Counted from the stretch's first letter, positions 39,550 through 49,218 are shown. The stretch is 64,000 nt of DNA from a bacterium (GCA_021786315.1 JAJYNN010000003.1:67360-131359); one strand, 5' to 3'. Notes: generated by a model from the sequence alone, not told the origin. Numbers and translations are program-made.

Positions 39550-39939
39550 TTATCCTTTTGTCTCATCAAGATATCTTTGTAAAATAATCGCCGCGGCAAC
39601 TGCATTGTCTTCCCGGCGGGCTTTTTGGCCCATCCCCATCTCGATCATTGTCCTTTTGGCTTCCTGGGTCGAAAGTGTCTCATCCGCTAAAACCACATCC
39701 GCTCCCTGTTTTCTTAAGGCTTTGGCTACATCTTCGACAATTTTACCCATTTTGCCCTCCGGTTTCCCTAAAATTAGCTGCTGGGCTTTTTCCTCAACAG
39801 CCACAGCCATAACCTTGGCTACTGCTTTATCAAAACTATTGGCCTGAACATTGAGTGTACCTAAAGGAGAAGCGACCTCACCCTCAGAAATTGCTAAACC
39901 AATTCTATTTAAGCCCCAATCAACTCCTAAAAATTTCAT
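39550..39939 (-). CDS. ruvX: Holliday-junction resolvase-like RuvX/YqgF
   Basis: MKFLGVDWGLNRIGLAISEG... is the canonical YqgF N-terminus. 129 aa. Confidence 0.9.
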   Translation of the reverse strand: MKFLGVDWGLNRIGLAISEGEVASPLGTLNVQANSFDKAVAKVMAVAVEEKAQQLILGKPEGKMGKIVEDVAKALRKQGADVVLADETLSTQEAKRTMIEMGMGQKARREDNAVAAAIILQRYLDETKG

Positions 39940-39963
39940 ATCCCGTTAAGGTTAAACCAAAAT

Positions 39964-42366
39964 CTATTTGGGGGCAACATTGATATTGATATTTTGATCC
40001 AGGAAAGGAATCCTGGCAAACTTTGAAGGCAGGGAAGGACTAAGTTCAATATCCGATCCAATTGCGTTGTTTAGGCTCTTAAGCCTGTCCGCTACCTCAG
40101 CAAAACTCTTACCCCGGATATCCTTTTTAATCTGCGCCAAATCATACTTTGGCATCATTTTTGCCTTAAACCGGGCAGTAAATACCAACCTGCCGTCTTT
40201 TTCCACCTTGGTAATGTCTGCCTGGGTCTCAGTATCCTGCAAGTCCAACTGGTACCCGTCAGGCACATTAGTTTCCACCAGCTTGCCCACAATCGACCTT
40301 AAATCATTATCGGAATAGGCGGTGCCTTTAAAGCGGACGGTGGCGTTAAGCGAAAACTCGCTGGCAGCATCATTGACCTGCTTACTGTAACTGTACTTGG
40401 CATCCACTATCGATAGTCCCTCCGAGATAATCTTTTTGTCCCCGGAAAGTTTGCCCTTTAAGGCTTCCACGGCTTTGGTCCGCAGATCATCCAAAACCTG
40501 AGCCTGTAATTTCTTTTGGTCATCAGAGGTGACCACAGTGACTGTTTTGGAAGTTCCGCCGGAAAGTGCATCGGTAATCATCGCCGTGACTTGTGACTTG
40601 GAATAACCTGAAACAGAAAGCCCGTTATTGGTATCTGAGCTTGCAGGCAGGTTGCTGTCGGGCCCTATCGCCGCTGCGGTAATCCCTACCGATTCCGTCT
40701 TTCCCGGCTTGATAACTGTTGTCAAATCCGCTCCCAGCGTTGAGGACTGGGAAGCAATTTTTGCTGAGGAATCCAGAGTAAACTTCAAACCGTTATTGGC
40801 GGTTAAGGTTGTGCCCTGGGAAAGTGAAACCGAGGAATTTGTCATATTATAGAGAGTAACCTTTCCTTTGGCGGGATCACCGATTTGTTTACTTCCTGTA
40901 GCTGACCCTTTACCTGATCCGTCGACGGTTGTTTCCACAGTTGTACCGGGAATAATCTTTTTTTCCTCATCCACGCTGGTCGCCTTAGGGTCGGCAATAA
41001 CTTGGGTGTCTTTTTCTAAAATTTTGGGCTCCACAAAAATAGTGACATTGGCCTTAACCAAAAACACATACGCCAGTACTACCACCAGGAGAAACACCGG
41101 GATCAGAACCAGCTTTCCGGCTGCAGATCCCTGGATTTTTTCCACAAAAGGCATCACCGGCCCCAAGGCAACAGAGGCTTTATTAAGTATTGAAGAAACA
41201 GGAGAATTTTTGCCTCCCATGTGGTGTTTCCCCTCCATTCCCTCAGGAGCAACAAGGTTGGCATCCCGGTGGGAGGAAACAGGCAAATGCATCTCTTCCT
41301 CACTATAACGGTCACCTTCCGCAACTTTGGGTTCCATAAGCTCATCCTCATCCAATGCCTCCATTTCCTCCTCCATCCCCACCATCTCATCCTCTTTCCT
41401 TACCTCATCTAACTCACCGGCAAACTGATCCACCGACTCACCGATTTCATCCGATTTATTCCGATCCCTAATGTCCCCTTTAACAAAACCCAAATCCTCA
41501 TCAGGCGCAACCGCTTTAGCCCGGGAAAGCATGGGCTTGGCCGGGTGTAATGCTTTGGGGCCGGAAGCGGGGGCAGCAGCTTCTTGTTTGGAAACAAAAC
41601 TATGCTTTAAATCAACCTCCGGATTTAGTTCAAAAGCGGCGGAAGAGATAATTGCCCGAAGAGGCGCCTCCTCTTCTAAAATGTCTATCTTGGGAAAGTG
41701 CAGAAAAGGAAGCTTGGAAACCCAGGGATAAGACATTAGGTCATCATGGATCTTGTTTAAGTTCTCCTCTTTTTTGGTGGAATAAAGAAGGATTCTTGAG
41801 GGTAGTACTTCAACTTCGGTAAACTGACTTAGAACTTTCTCCACATCATCAAAAAGGTGGTCTGTCCGTTTGGCTGAACGGGTTTCAGCAATTTTCCCTC
41901 CCCTGATTAATGTGGCTTCCAGGGATTCACCAACCCCAAACAAAATAACTGTCGGCGGTGCTCCCTCGCCTTTTTGTAGGGCAAAGGATAGAGCGTTGGT
42001 GGTGGTGACAAAAGCCAAAGCTTCCAGGTCGCATTCTTTCAAAATCTTTCTTAAAAGCTTTAAATATGGCTCCTTGAGGTTATCATCCAAACTCCAGCTG
42101 TCGGGAACACCGAAAAGGACCTTCTGCGGCTCAATTTCTAAAACCCCCAAGGCTTTATCAAAAGCCTGCAAAGATTTTTCCAGCAAGTCCTCATGGTCGC
42201 TATAAGCGAAAGTGGCTGTGCCTAAGATATCAACCTCTTTGCCAAAGATTGCCCAAACTGCCGCAGTCACTTCAGTCAAACCAATATTTAAAGCAAGGAA
42301 ATATTCCGAATCTTCGGTTTTAGGTTTAAACGGAAGCTGGGCAGTTATTTTGTCTAAGAAACTCAT
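39964..42366 (-). CDS. Large (800 aa) membrane protein: N-terminal actin-like (FtsA/PilM-like) domain, acidic linker, one TM helix, ~430-aa Ser/Thr-rich extracytoplasmic domain
   Basis: ALNIGLTEVTAAVWAIFGKEVDILGTATFAYS and VILFGVGESLEATLIRGG resemble actin-fold ATPase phosphate loops. Acidic stretch EDEMVGMEEEMEALDEDELME. TM LVLIPVFLLVVVLAYVFLV. Function unknown. Confidence 0.55.
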   Translation of the reverse strand: MSFLDKITAQLPFKPKTEDSEYFLALNIGLTEVTAAVWAIFGKEVDILGTATFAYSDHEDLLEKSLQAFDKALGVLEIEPQKVLFGVPDSWSLDDNLKEPYLKLLRKILKECDLEALAFVTTTNALSFALQKGEGAPPTVILFGVGESLEATLIRGGKIAETRSAKRTDHLFDDVEKVLSQFTEVEVLPSRILLYSTKKEENLNKIHDDLMSYPWVSKLPFLHFPKIDILEEEAPLRAIISSAAFELNPEVDLKHSFVSKQEAAAPASGPKALHPAKPMLSRAKAVAPDEDLGFVKGDIRDRNKSDEIGESVDQFAGELDEVRKEDEMVGMEEEMEALDEDELMEPKVAEGDRYSEEEMHLPVSSHRDANLVAPEGMEGKHHMGGKNSPVSSILNKASVALGPVMPFVEKIQGSAAGKLVLIPVFLLVVVLAYVFLVKANVTIFVEPKILEKDTQVIADPKATSVDEEKKIIPGTTVETTVDGSGKGSATGSKQIGDPAKGKVTLYNMTNSSVSLSQGTTLTANNGLKFTLDSSAKIASQSSTLGADLTTVIKPGKTESVGITAAAIGPDSNLPASSDTNNGLSVSGYSKSQVTAMITDALSGGTSKTVTVVTSDDQKKLQAQVLDDLRTKAVEALKGKLSGDKKIISEGLSIVDAKYSYSKQVNDAASEFSLNATVRFKGTAYSDNDLRSIVGKLVETNVPDGYQLDLQDTETQADITKVEKDGRLVFTARFKAKMMPKYDLAQIKKDIRGKSFAEVADRLKSLNNAIGSDIELSPSLPSKFARIPFLDQNININVAPK

Positions 42367-42442
42367 TGGAAACAGCTGCCTGAATTAGGCAGCAGAATTA
42401 TTATATACAGTGTATCACAAATGGGGAAGTTCTGTAGAGAAC

Positions 42443-42479
42443 AAAAGGGGCCGAAAACCTCGGTCCCCCTTTTGTTTTT
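42443..42479 (+). terminator. Strong bidirectional terminator-like hairpin in a divergent intergenic region
   Basis: ACAAAA, GGGGCCGA, AAACC, TCGG-T-CCCC, then CTTTTGTTTTT. There is an A-run before and a T-run after. No annotated gene ends here on either strand. Confidence 0.5.
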
Positions 42480-42653
42480 ACTAACAACACCTAGAAGGAA
42501 TCTCTTCAACTCCTTTCAGGTGACAAGGTCCCACAAAGGTAGCAGATCTAGAATACCCCTTTGGGCAAGCCCACGCATGCTTGTGGACATTTTCAGCATA
42601 TGACTATCAATATATCTTTGTCAACTACGTTCAGTTTACAGGAACGTAGCCAA

Positions 42654-42962
42654 ATGGTTGTTTTAATGTCTTCGAATTTGTTATACATAACTAAGATGGC
42701 TAAAACGTTCTTTACTGCAGATGAGGCAAAACAAATTGGAGAGTCACTGGGAATAGACTGGAGCCGCTTTGATGTGGAACAATTCCGGATGGGTTTGGAT
42801 GTGGAACTTGAGCACGGCACCGTCTCCCCTTCCACTAATGTCACCAACGATGACCCAATTCTAACCGGCAAGATTGCCTTGGCTCACCTTAACGAGTACG
42901 CCGACTATTACACCCGTTTGGCCAAACTGGAGAAAGAGGCTGAAGAATTTTGGGGGAAATAA
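42654..42962 (+). CDS. Small conserved-domain protein (possibly DUF5661-like; ELEHG ... TNDDP motif)
   Basis: GLDVELEHGTVSPSTNVTNDDPILTGKIALAHLNEYADYY. The start is uncertain (ATG 42654 or 42696). The ORF-track start at 42561 adds implausible N-terminal sequence. Confidence 0.5.
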   Translation: MVVLMSSNLLYITKMAKTFFTADEAKQIGESLGIDWSRFDVEQFRMGLDVELEHGTVSPSTNVTNDDPILTGKIALAHLNEYADYYTRLAKLEKEAEEFWGK

Positions 42963-42995
42963 AAGGTTGTCCCAAATGTGGTATAATGCCACACA

Positions 42996-43250
42996 TTGGA
43001 CAACAGTAATTCACCCCGTAAATGTTTTAGCTGCGGATCTGACCTGATTTTGATCGAGGTTACAACCTCGACGTTAGGTAATAATCCTTCACCGATCACC
43101 AAAAGCACTTACCGCTGCTCAAATAAAGAGTGCCAGGAAGAGTCAGAAAAAAGAGCTGCCAAAAAAGAGGAGCTCAGGAAAGAACAGGAAGAGGCCCGTA
43201 AAAACCGCATGGCCGCCATCCATAAATCCATCAACCTCAAGGACGCCTAA
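42996..43250 (+). CDS. Small zinc-ribbon protein (CxxC...CxxxC) with Lys/Glu-rich tail
   Basis: Starts at a TTG 8 nt after a perfect extended -10 (TGgTATAAT, 42979-42987). Low confidence that it is expressed. Confidence 0.35.
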   Translation: MDNSNSPRKCFSCGSDLILIEVTTSTLGNNPSPITKSTYRCSNKECQEESEKRAAKKEELRKEQEEARKNRMAAIHKSINLKDA

Positions 43251-43660
43251 CCCGGGCCAATAACCCCATTGATATAAAAATCCCCGTCGGGGGTAAAAAG
43301 CTTACCGGTATTGTCCGCTGCAAGCGCTCCGCGCAGCTCCAATGGTCCAATTCTGGCAGAGGATGAAAAGTCTATATACTTACCATCCTGACCTAGCTCC
43401 TGGTTCATATACCAGGGGGAAACCGCCCAAATCCGGTCATGGTTACCGCCGCTTATTCCTCCGGCAACTTTCACATCCCCAATCTTAAATGCCACTCCCA
43501 CACCCGCCGATGCCTCTGTGATCACAACCAACACCAAACCAACAGCTGCAAGTAAAGCTAATCCTGAACACCCGATTCCCGGAATACACCCCCGGCGTTT
43601 TTTAATCTCCACCGTTTCATATTCATAAGGGGCTTCATAATATTCGTCTTCTTCCCTCAC
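43247..43660 (-). CDS. Hypothetical membrane-anchored protein (137 aa, one TM)
   Basis: Acidic Tyr/Glu N-terminus, TM LALLAAVGLVLVVI, Gly-rich C-terminal domain. Confidence 0.5.
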   Translation of the reverse strand: MREEDEYYEAPYEYETVEIKKRRGCIPGIGCSGLALLAAVGLVLVVITEASAGVGVAFKIGDVKVAGGISGGNHDRIWAVSPWYMNQELGQDGKYIDFSSSARIGPLELRGALAADNTGKLFTPDGDFYINGVIGPG

Positions 43661-43735
43661 CCTTCAATTGTAGGTTGAACCAGATTTTGAAGCAGTAATC
43701 TTAATCACGATGTTTCATGATGATATAATCCTCTC

Positions 43736-45514
43736 ATGACATCAAATGAGTTAAGGCAAAAATATTTGGATTTTTTTAAAAGCAAAGGACACAAAGAAAT
43801 TCCTTCTGCTTCCCTAGTTCCGGAAAATGATCCCACAACTTTATTTACCAGCTCCGGTATGCAACAACTTATTCCTTATCTTAAAGGACAAGCCCATCCT
43901 GAAGGAAAAAGATTAACTGATTCCCAGCCCTGTTTTCGGTCCCAGGACATTGAAGAGGTGGGTGACAACCGTCATACAACCTTTTTTGAGATGTTGGGCA
44001 ATTGGTCTTTGGGTGATTACTTCAAAAAAGACCAGCTAACATGGTTTTGGGAATTTTTGACCCAGGAATTAAAGCTTGACCCAGACAAACTTTATGTTTC
44101 TTATTTTGAGGGCGATGATCAGATTCCTGAAGATACGGAAACCAAGAATATTTGGCAGGAGTTGGGAATTCCCGAAAACCATATCTATGCTTACGGAACC
44201 AAGAAGAACTGGTGGTCGCGCTCCGGAACTCCGGAAGAAATGCCGGCAGGGGAAATTGGCGGCCCTGATTCCGAAGTTTTTTATGAATTTACTCAGATAG
44301 AACATGATCCAAAATACGGCGAAAAGTGTCACCCTAATTGTGAATGCGGAAGGTTTTTAGAGATTGGCAACTCTGTTTTTATCCAATACGAAAAACAGGA
44401 AAACGGAACATTTAAGGAACTTCCTCAAAAAAATGTTGATTTTGGTGGAGGGCTGGAAAGAATTACAGCAGTATCAGTTAATGAACCTGACATCTTTAAA
44501 ATAGACCTCTTCTGGCCAATTATTGGAAAAATTGAGGAACTTTCCAAGAAAAACTATTCTGACCCAAATGAGCAAAATCCAATGCGAATTATTGCCGACC
44601 ATATCAAAGCTGCTTTCTTTTTAATTGAGTCAGGAGTCCAACCAAGTAATAAATTACAGGGATATATTCTTAGAAGATTATTACGAAGGGTAATGGTAAA
44701 ACTCAACCTTTATACTAAGGACCAAAGACCATTTTTAGGAGAATTGATTGATGCTGTAGCTGAGATATATCGAGCAACCAGCTATTTTCCAGAACAGGGC
44801 GAGGAGCTGGTTAAACAAGTGGTATGGGAAGAATTAGCAAAATTTGAACGAGCACTCGCTCAAGGTTTAAAAGAAATCGAGAAAATTGAAAACATAACTG
44901 GAAAGCTTGCCTTTGATTTATTCCAAACCTATGGTTTTCCCTTGGAACTTACAGAAGAGTTGGCAAAAGAAAAGGGGCTGGAGATTGACCGGGAAGAGTT
45001 TCGGCAAGAGTTTGAAAAACATAAAGAATTATCCCGCACCGCTTCGGCCGGGATGTTTAAGGGAGGGTTGGGAGAGCAATCGGAAGTTACAACTAAATAT
45101 CACACTGCCACACATTTACTCCATGCTGCACTCAGAAAAGTTTTAGGGGAGCACGTCCAACAAAAAGGCAGCAATATTACCGCCGAAAGGTTGCGTTTTG
45201 ATTTTTCCCAGCCGGAAAAAGTTTCCGAAGAACAGCTGAAAGAAGTTGAAAACTTAGTTAATGAACAAATCCAAAAAGATTTACCGGTCACCTCTGAAGT
45301 GATGGACAAAGAAGATGCTTTAAAGTCCGGGGCTTTGGGATTCTTTACTGAAAAGTATGGGGACAAAGTGACTGTTTATACCATCGGAGACTTCTCCAAA
45401 GAAATCTGTGGCGGACCGCACGTTAATAACACCAAAGAGTTGGGAAACTTTAAAATTATCAAGGAAGAATCAGCCGGCGCCGGTGTCAGGCGTATTTACG
45501 CTGCTTTGTCTTAA
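43736..45514 (+). CDS. alaS: Alanine--tRNA ligase, short form (catalytic + tRNA-binding + editing domains; no C-Ala domain)
   Basis: N-terminal class II motifs (FTSSGMQQLIPY, FEMLGNWSLGDYFK). Editing-domain HTATHLLHAAL...CGGPHV. It ends at 592 aa. TGaTATAAT at 43721-43729 lies 6 nt before the ATG, suggesting a leaderless mRNA. Confidence 0.9.
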   Translation: MTSNELRQKYLDFFKSKGHKEIPSASLVPENDPTTLFTSSGMQQLIPYLKGQAHPEGKRLTDSQPCFRSQDIEEVGDNRHTTFFEMLGNWSLGDYFKKDQLTWFWEFLTQELKLDPDKLYVSYFEGDDQIPEDTETKNIWQELGIPENHIYAYGTKKNWWSRSGTPEEMPAGEIGGPDSEVFYEFTQIEHDPKYGEKCHPNCECGRFLEIGNSVFIQYEKQENGTFKELPQKNVDFGGGLERITAVSVNEPDIFKIDLFWPIIGKIEELSKKNYSDPNEQNPMRIIADHIKAAFFLIESGVQPSNKLQGYILRRLLRRVMVKLNLYTKDQRPFLGELIDAVAEIYRATSYFPEQGEELVKQVVWEELAKFERALAQGLKEIEKIENITGKLAFDLFQTYGFPLELTEELAKEKGLEIDREEFRQEFEKHKELSRTASAGMFKGGLGEQSEVTTKYHTATHLLHAALRKVLGEHVQQKGSNITAERLRFDFSQPEKVSEEQLKEVENLVNEQIQKDLPVTSEVMDKEDALKSGALGFFTEKYGDKVTVYTIGDFSKEICGGPHVNNTKELGNFKIIKEESAGAGVRRIYAALS

Positions 45515-45792
45515 GATTTTCTCTTAAAAAGAAGCTTTTTGGCAGGTTTGTTTTGGACAATTGACTTGACGGCCTTCACCCCGGTTTCCACTACCTGGGT
45601 CACCTCAGCCGCCGCTTTAATCGGTTTACTGACATCCTCGGCAATGTTCTGGGCATCACCCAAAAGCTCCTCAAATTTATCCAGGGATTTCCTTAGTTCC
45701 TTTAAGATCATAAACACCTGGATACCCAAAATTGACATGATGACCGAAAGAAGGAGAATTAAAAAAACTAGGGCAATCTGTAAAATGTCCAT
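45511..45792 (-). CDS. Small membrane protein, N-terminal TM + coiled coil (DUF948-like)
   Basis: 93 aa. MDILQIALVFLILLLSVIMSILGIQVFMIL, then a helical region. Confidence 0.45.
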   Translation of the reverse strand: MDILQIALVFLILLLSVIMSILGIQVFMILKELRKSLDKFEELLGDAQNIAEDVSKPIKAAAEVTQVVETGVKAVKSIVQNKPAKKLLFKRKS

Positions 45793-45816
45793 GGTCTACA
45801 ACTTAACATCTATCGG

Positions 45817-46455
45817 CTATCTTTTCAAGTACACCGTCCTCTCAACTTGAGATTTTTGGCCGAATTTAGAGACAGCGGAAATCTCGATTTTATTGACCGG
45901 AGAAGAAAGAGTAATCTCTTCCTTAAATTGTCCGTCAACATTTACAGGAATCTCCTGCCCGTTGACGGTCACTTTTGCTTCCTGTTCAGTCTCTCCGGCA
46001 ATTTGTAAAGTCGGATTATCAATCGTGAGCTGGTCAGCGGGAGAAGAGATCTTAAGCTCCGGAGCGGAGGCAAAACCGCGGTATTGGATCCAAAGATAGG
46101 CAAAAAAAGCAAGAATCACCAAAGCCACTACCCCGCCTAAAAGCCTTCCTGGAGTAAGCTTTAATCTTGAGACAGAGGGCGGCTTAGAAAAAGCATTCAT
46201 CACATAAGGCTGATGCCTTCTCTCGGAAAACTCCCTTCTATAGATTGCTAAAAGCTTTTGGGAATCTAGTCCTAAAAACCGGGAATAGTTTTTAATAAAT
46301 CCTTGGACAAATGTTGTGGGAGGTAATTTTGAGTAATCGTCAGCCTCCAACGCTGCCAATAACTCTTTTCTGATTTTGGTAGCTTTTTCAATTTCGTCGA
46401 GGGTATAAAACTTTGCTTCCCGGGTTTCCCTTAAAATTGATCCTACCGTACGCAT
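45817..46455 (-). CDS. rodZ: RodZ-like cytoskeleton protein (HTH + TM + DUF4115)
   Basis: YTLDEIEKATKIRKELLAALEADDYSKLPPTTFVQGFIKNYSRFLGLD is the RodZ-type HTH. TM LLGGVVALVILAFFAYLW. C-terminal beta domain. Confidence 0.7.
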   Translation of the reverse strand: MRTVGSILRETREAKFYTLDEIEKATKIRKELLAALEADDYSKLPPTTFVQGFIKNYSRFLGLDSQKLLAIYRREFSERRHQPYVMNAFSKPPSVSRLKLTPGRLLGGVVALVILAFFAYLWIQYRGFASAPELKISSPADQLTIDNPTLQIAGETEQEAKVTVNGQEIPVNVDGQFKEEITLSSPVNKIEISAVSKFGQKSQVERTVYLKR

Positions 46456-46529
46456 GCTTAAAATTATACCATCTTAAGGCTATATCTTAAGTGTACCAGT
46501 AAGCCCCGGTATTATCTAAAAAATCTCCC

Positions 46530-46558
46530 TTGACGGTAAGCGCACTTCTGCCTAATAT
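46530..46558 (+). promoter_or_regulatory. Sigma70-type promoter giving a leaderless transcript of the 46565 gene
   Basis: TTGACG (46530-35), a 17-nt spacer, TAATAT (46553-58), then 6 nt to the ATG at 46565. Confidence 0.4.
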
Positions 46559-46564
46559 GGTCAC

Positions 46565-47113
46565 ATGCCAGATACTGCCGATCAAAAACCCAATCTTCCG
46601 CCTCCCCAAGGGGAAAAAGACCAGGCCGAGAAATATCTCGACAAGCTTGCTAATTTAATTATCCATAACAAAATCCAGGTTTCCCATACTGATTTAAAGA
46701 AATTCGACCTTACGTCTTTGCAGGATCACTACACTATCCCTTTAGATGGCTACGAGGTGGAAGTCAGCCATACCAAACAACCGGACACCGGCAAAGATTT
46801 CTTCGTCATGCTGTTTAATAACATCCGCATGGTCCAGGCCGACGGGGCTAGCTGCATCGATAAATTGATTCTGGCCTATATCCATCTAACGGAAGAGCAA
46901 TTCAGAAAGTTTAAAAGGGTTGCTGATGATCAGCTGGAAAGAAAAAGGCGGGAGGAAGAAGCTCAAAGGTTTGAGGAAGCAATGACCCCGGTGGACAGCC
47001 TATTATCCAGATTTGCGGAAAATTCAGCTAAACCTTCATTCCAGACAAACAATCAGGAACAAAGGCCCCAAGCAACCCCGGCCCCCGTTAATAATTTCTC
47101 TGATAATTTTTAG
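46565..47113 (+). CDS. Hypothetical protein (182 aa)
   Basis: Intact ORF with a 4-nt convergent overlap with ftsK. No recognisable domain. Confidence 0.5.
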   Translation: MPDTADQKPNLPPPQGEKDQAEKYLDKLANLIIHNKIQVSHTDLKKFDLTSLQDHYTIPLDGYEVEVSHTKQPDTGKDFFVMLFNNIRMVQADGASCIDKLILAYIHLTEEQFRKFKRVADDQLERKRREEEAQRFEEAMTPVDSLLSRFAENSAKPSFQTNNQEQRPQATPAPVNNFSDNF

Positions 47114-49218
47114 GCTTCAGCAGTGCCGCCTTGGGCGGAAAAATATTCATCAGCGTTTCTGACTAGTACATCCCGAGGCTTACTGCCCTCACCCGGACCG
47201 ATTATCCCTGCCGCTTCCAACTCATCAATAATTCTCGCTGCCCGGGCATAACCTACCCGAAGTCTCCTTTGAAGCAAAGAGGCTGAAGCCCGGTCATACT
47301 GGCAAACTGTCCGGACTGCTTCCTCAAATAAATCATCCTGGTCTCCGGAATCCCCACCCTTGCCGCCTACCCGACCGATAGGCATTTCGGTAACCTCAGC
47401 AGTATACGAAGGGGCAATTCCCAAATCCTTAAGGAATTTAATTAAAGCGTTAATTTCTGCGTCAGAGACATAGACACCCTGGATACGCATTGGCTTGGAA
47501 GCATCCGGCGGCAGGAATAACATATCTCCTTTACCCAGCAATTTTTCCGCTCCCGGCTGATCAATAATGACACGGGAATCAATCATTGAGGAAACGTTAA
47601 AGGCAATACGGCAAGGAATATTAGCCTTAATTAAACCGGTGATAACATCAACCGAAGGACGCTGAGTGGCCACCACCAAGTGGATACCGGTTGCCCGGGC
47701 AAGTTGGGCAATACGGGTAATGGTATCCTCAACCTCGACCGGAGCAAACATCATTAAATCAGCCAACTCATCAATGAAAATCACAATATTAGGCAAAGCC
47801 TGAAAACCGGACATCTCGTTATAACCCTGGATATTACGGACACCCACGGATTGGAATAATTTATACCTTCTGTCCATCTCCGCTGTTGCCCACTTCAAAG
47901 AGGAAAGAATCTTCTCCGGCTCGGTAATGACCGGAGTTAAAAGATGGGGGATACCGTTAAATCCGGAAAGTTCGACCCTTTTTGGATCAATTAGTATCAG
48001 CTTTAACTCTTCCGGAGAATTTCTAAAAAGTAGGGTGGTGATAAAAGTATTTATCAGGATAGATTTTCCTGACCCGGTGGTACCGGCAATCAAACAGTGT
48101 GGCATCTTGGCAATATCTACAATTATTGGCTTAGAGGCAGTGTCTCTTCCCAAAGCTACTGCCAACTTTGATTTGTTCTTAAGCATCTCGTCTGCAGTCA
48201 TAATTCCCTTAAGACCAACAACCTCCAAAGATCTGTTTGGCACTTCAATACCCACTAAAGATTTACCCGGGATTGGGGCTTCAATACGGACTGTACCGGT
48301 CGGAGTAGCCAAAGCCAAAGCAATATCGTGTTGTAAGTTGGCAATTTTAGCAATCTTGGTTCCGGCAGAGATTTCCAAAGCGTATTGAGTCACCGATGGA
48401 CCACCATTCACCTCAGCCACCCGGGCTCCGATACCAAAAGAATCGAGAGTTTTTTCAATCAAAGCGGCACTCTTTTTAACATCCCCCCGTTCCGCCGGAG
48501 CTCCGATCTTATCGGAAAGCAAAGCCGTCGGAGGGTATTTCCAAATCCTGCTGCCGCCGGCAGCATTTTTAACCAGCTCATCGGCAATGATTGTCTCAGG
48601 TACGGCAGCCGTTTTTGGAACAACTCTAGGCCTGTCATCCACTCCGGAAACCCTGATTGGGATCTTCCGCGCCTCAAACGTTTCCCCTCTCTGAAGTAGC
48701 CCGGAAATAGGCGAAAGGACCCTACCCAATCCGGCAAATCCTCCCGCGAGTATCGACATTACTTGGGACAAAGAGGTATTAAACAAAACCACCAAACCAA
48801 CTAATAAAACCCCCACCAATACTGCGAAGGCTCCCAGACCGGTTACCAGTGATGTTAGCTCAGATCCAATTAAATTTCCCAGCTCTCCCGCCTTACTGGG
48901 AACAAATATCGAGGTTATACCTGAAAGGGCAACTACAGCACTCAAAAGTCCGACTAAAACATTCGGCTGGGCAAATGCCCATTTGAACTTCTGCAAAACT
49001 AAACCGGCAACTAAAAATATTAAGGGAGAAAAAATTGATACCCAACCCAAATTACCTTCCAAAAATTCCCGCCAAAAAACCAGCTTTGAGGATTCAGTCA
49101 AAATGGAAACACCGGACAAAGCAGCCAACACAAAGGAAACAAGGGTAGCCACAGTTACAACAGTCTTTTGGCGGAGTTTTAACTTAGGCAGTGAATAAGC
49201 GGATCTTCTTCTGGGCAT
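47110..49218 (-). CDS. ftsK: DNA translocase FtsK/SpoIIIE
   Basis: N-terminal TM helices, Walker A GTTGSGKS, and a C-terminal gamma winged-helix domain (…LQRRLRVGYARAARIIDELE…). Confidence 0.9.
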   Translation of the reverse strand: MPRRRSAYSLPKLKLRQKTVVTVATLVSFVLAALSGVSILTESSKLVFWREFLEGNLGWVSIFSPLIFLVAGLVLQKFKWAFAQPNVLVGLLSAVVALSGITSIFVPSKAGELGNLIGSELTSLVTGLGAFAVLVGVLLVGLVVLFNTSLSQVMSILAGGFAGLGRVLSPISGLLQRGETFEARKIPIRVSGVDDRPRVVPKTAAVPETIIADELVKNAAGGSRIWKYPPTALLSDKIGAPAERGDVKKSAALIEKTLDSFGIGARVAEVNGGPSVTQYALEISAGTKIAKIANLQHDIALALATPTGTVRIEAPIPGKSLVGIEVPNRSLEVVGLKGIMTADEMLKNKSKLAVALGRDTASKPIIVDIAKMPHCLIAGTTGSGKSILINTFITTLLFRNSPEELKLILIDPKRVELSGFNGIPHLLTPVITEPEKILSSLKWATAEMDRRYKLFQSVGVRNIQGYNEMSGFQALPNIVIFIDELADLMMFAPVEVEDTITRIAQLARATGIHLVVATQRPSVDVITGLIKANIPCRIAFNVSSMIDSRVIIDQPGAEKLLGKGDMLFLPPDASKPMRIQGVYVSDAEINALIKFLKDLGIAPSYTAEVTEMPIGRVGGKGGDSGDQDDLFEEAVRTVCQYDRASASLLQRRLRVGYARAARIIDELEAAGIIGPGEGSKPRDVLVRNADEYFSAQGGTAEA

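Noticed and set aside
42515-42550. AGGUCC...AAGGUAGCAG resembles the SRP RNA domain IV motif (AGGUCCGGAAGGAAGCAGC)
   Set aside because: The flanking sequence cannot form the helix-8 stem with a GNRA tetraloop on either strand (CACAA where GGAA with complementary arms is required). The similarity is too short to call an ffs gene.
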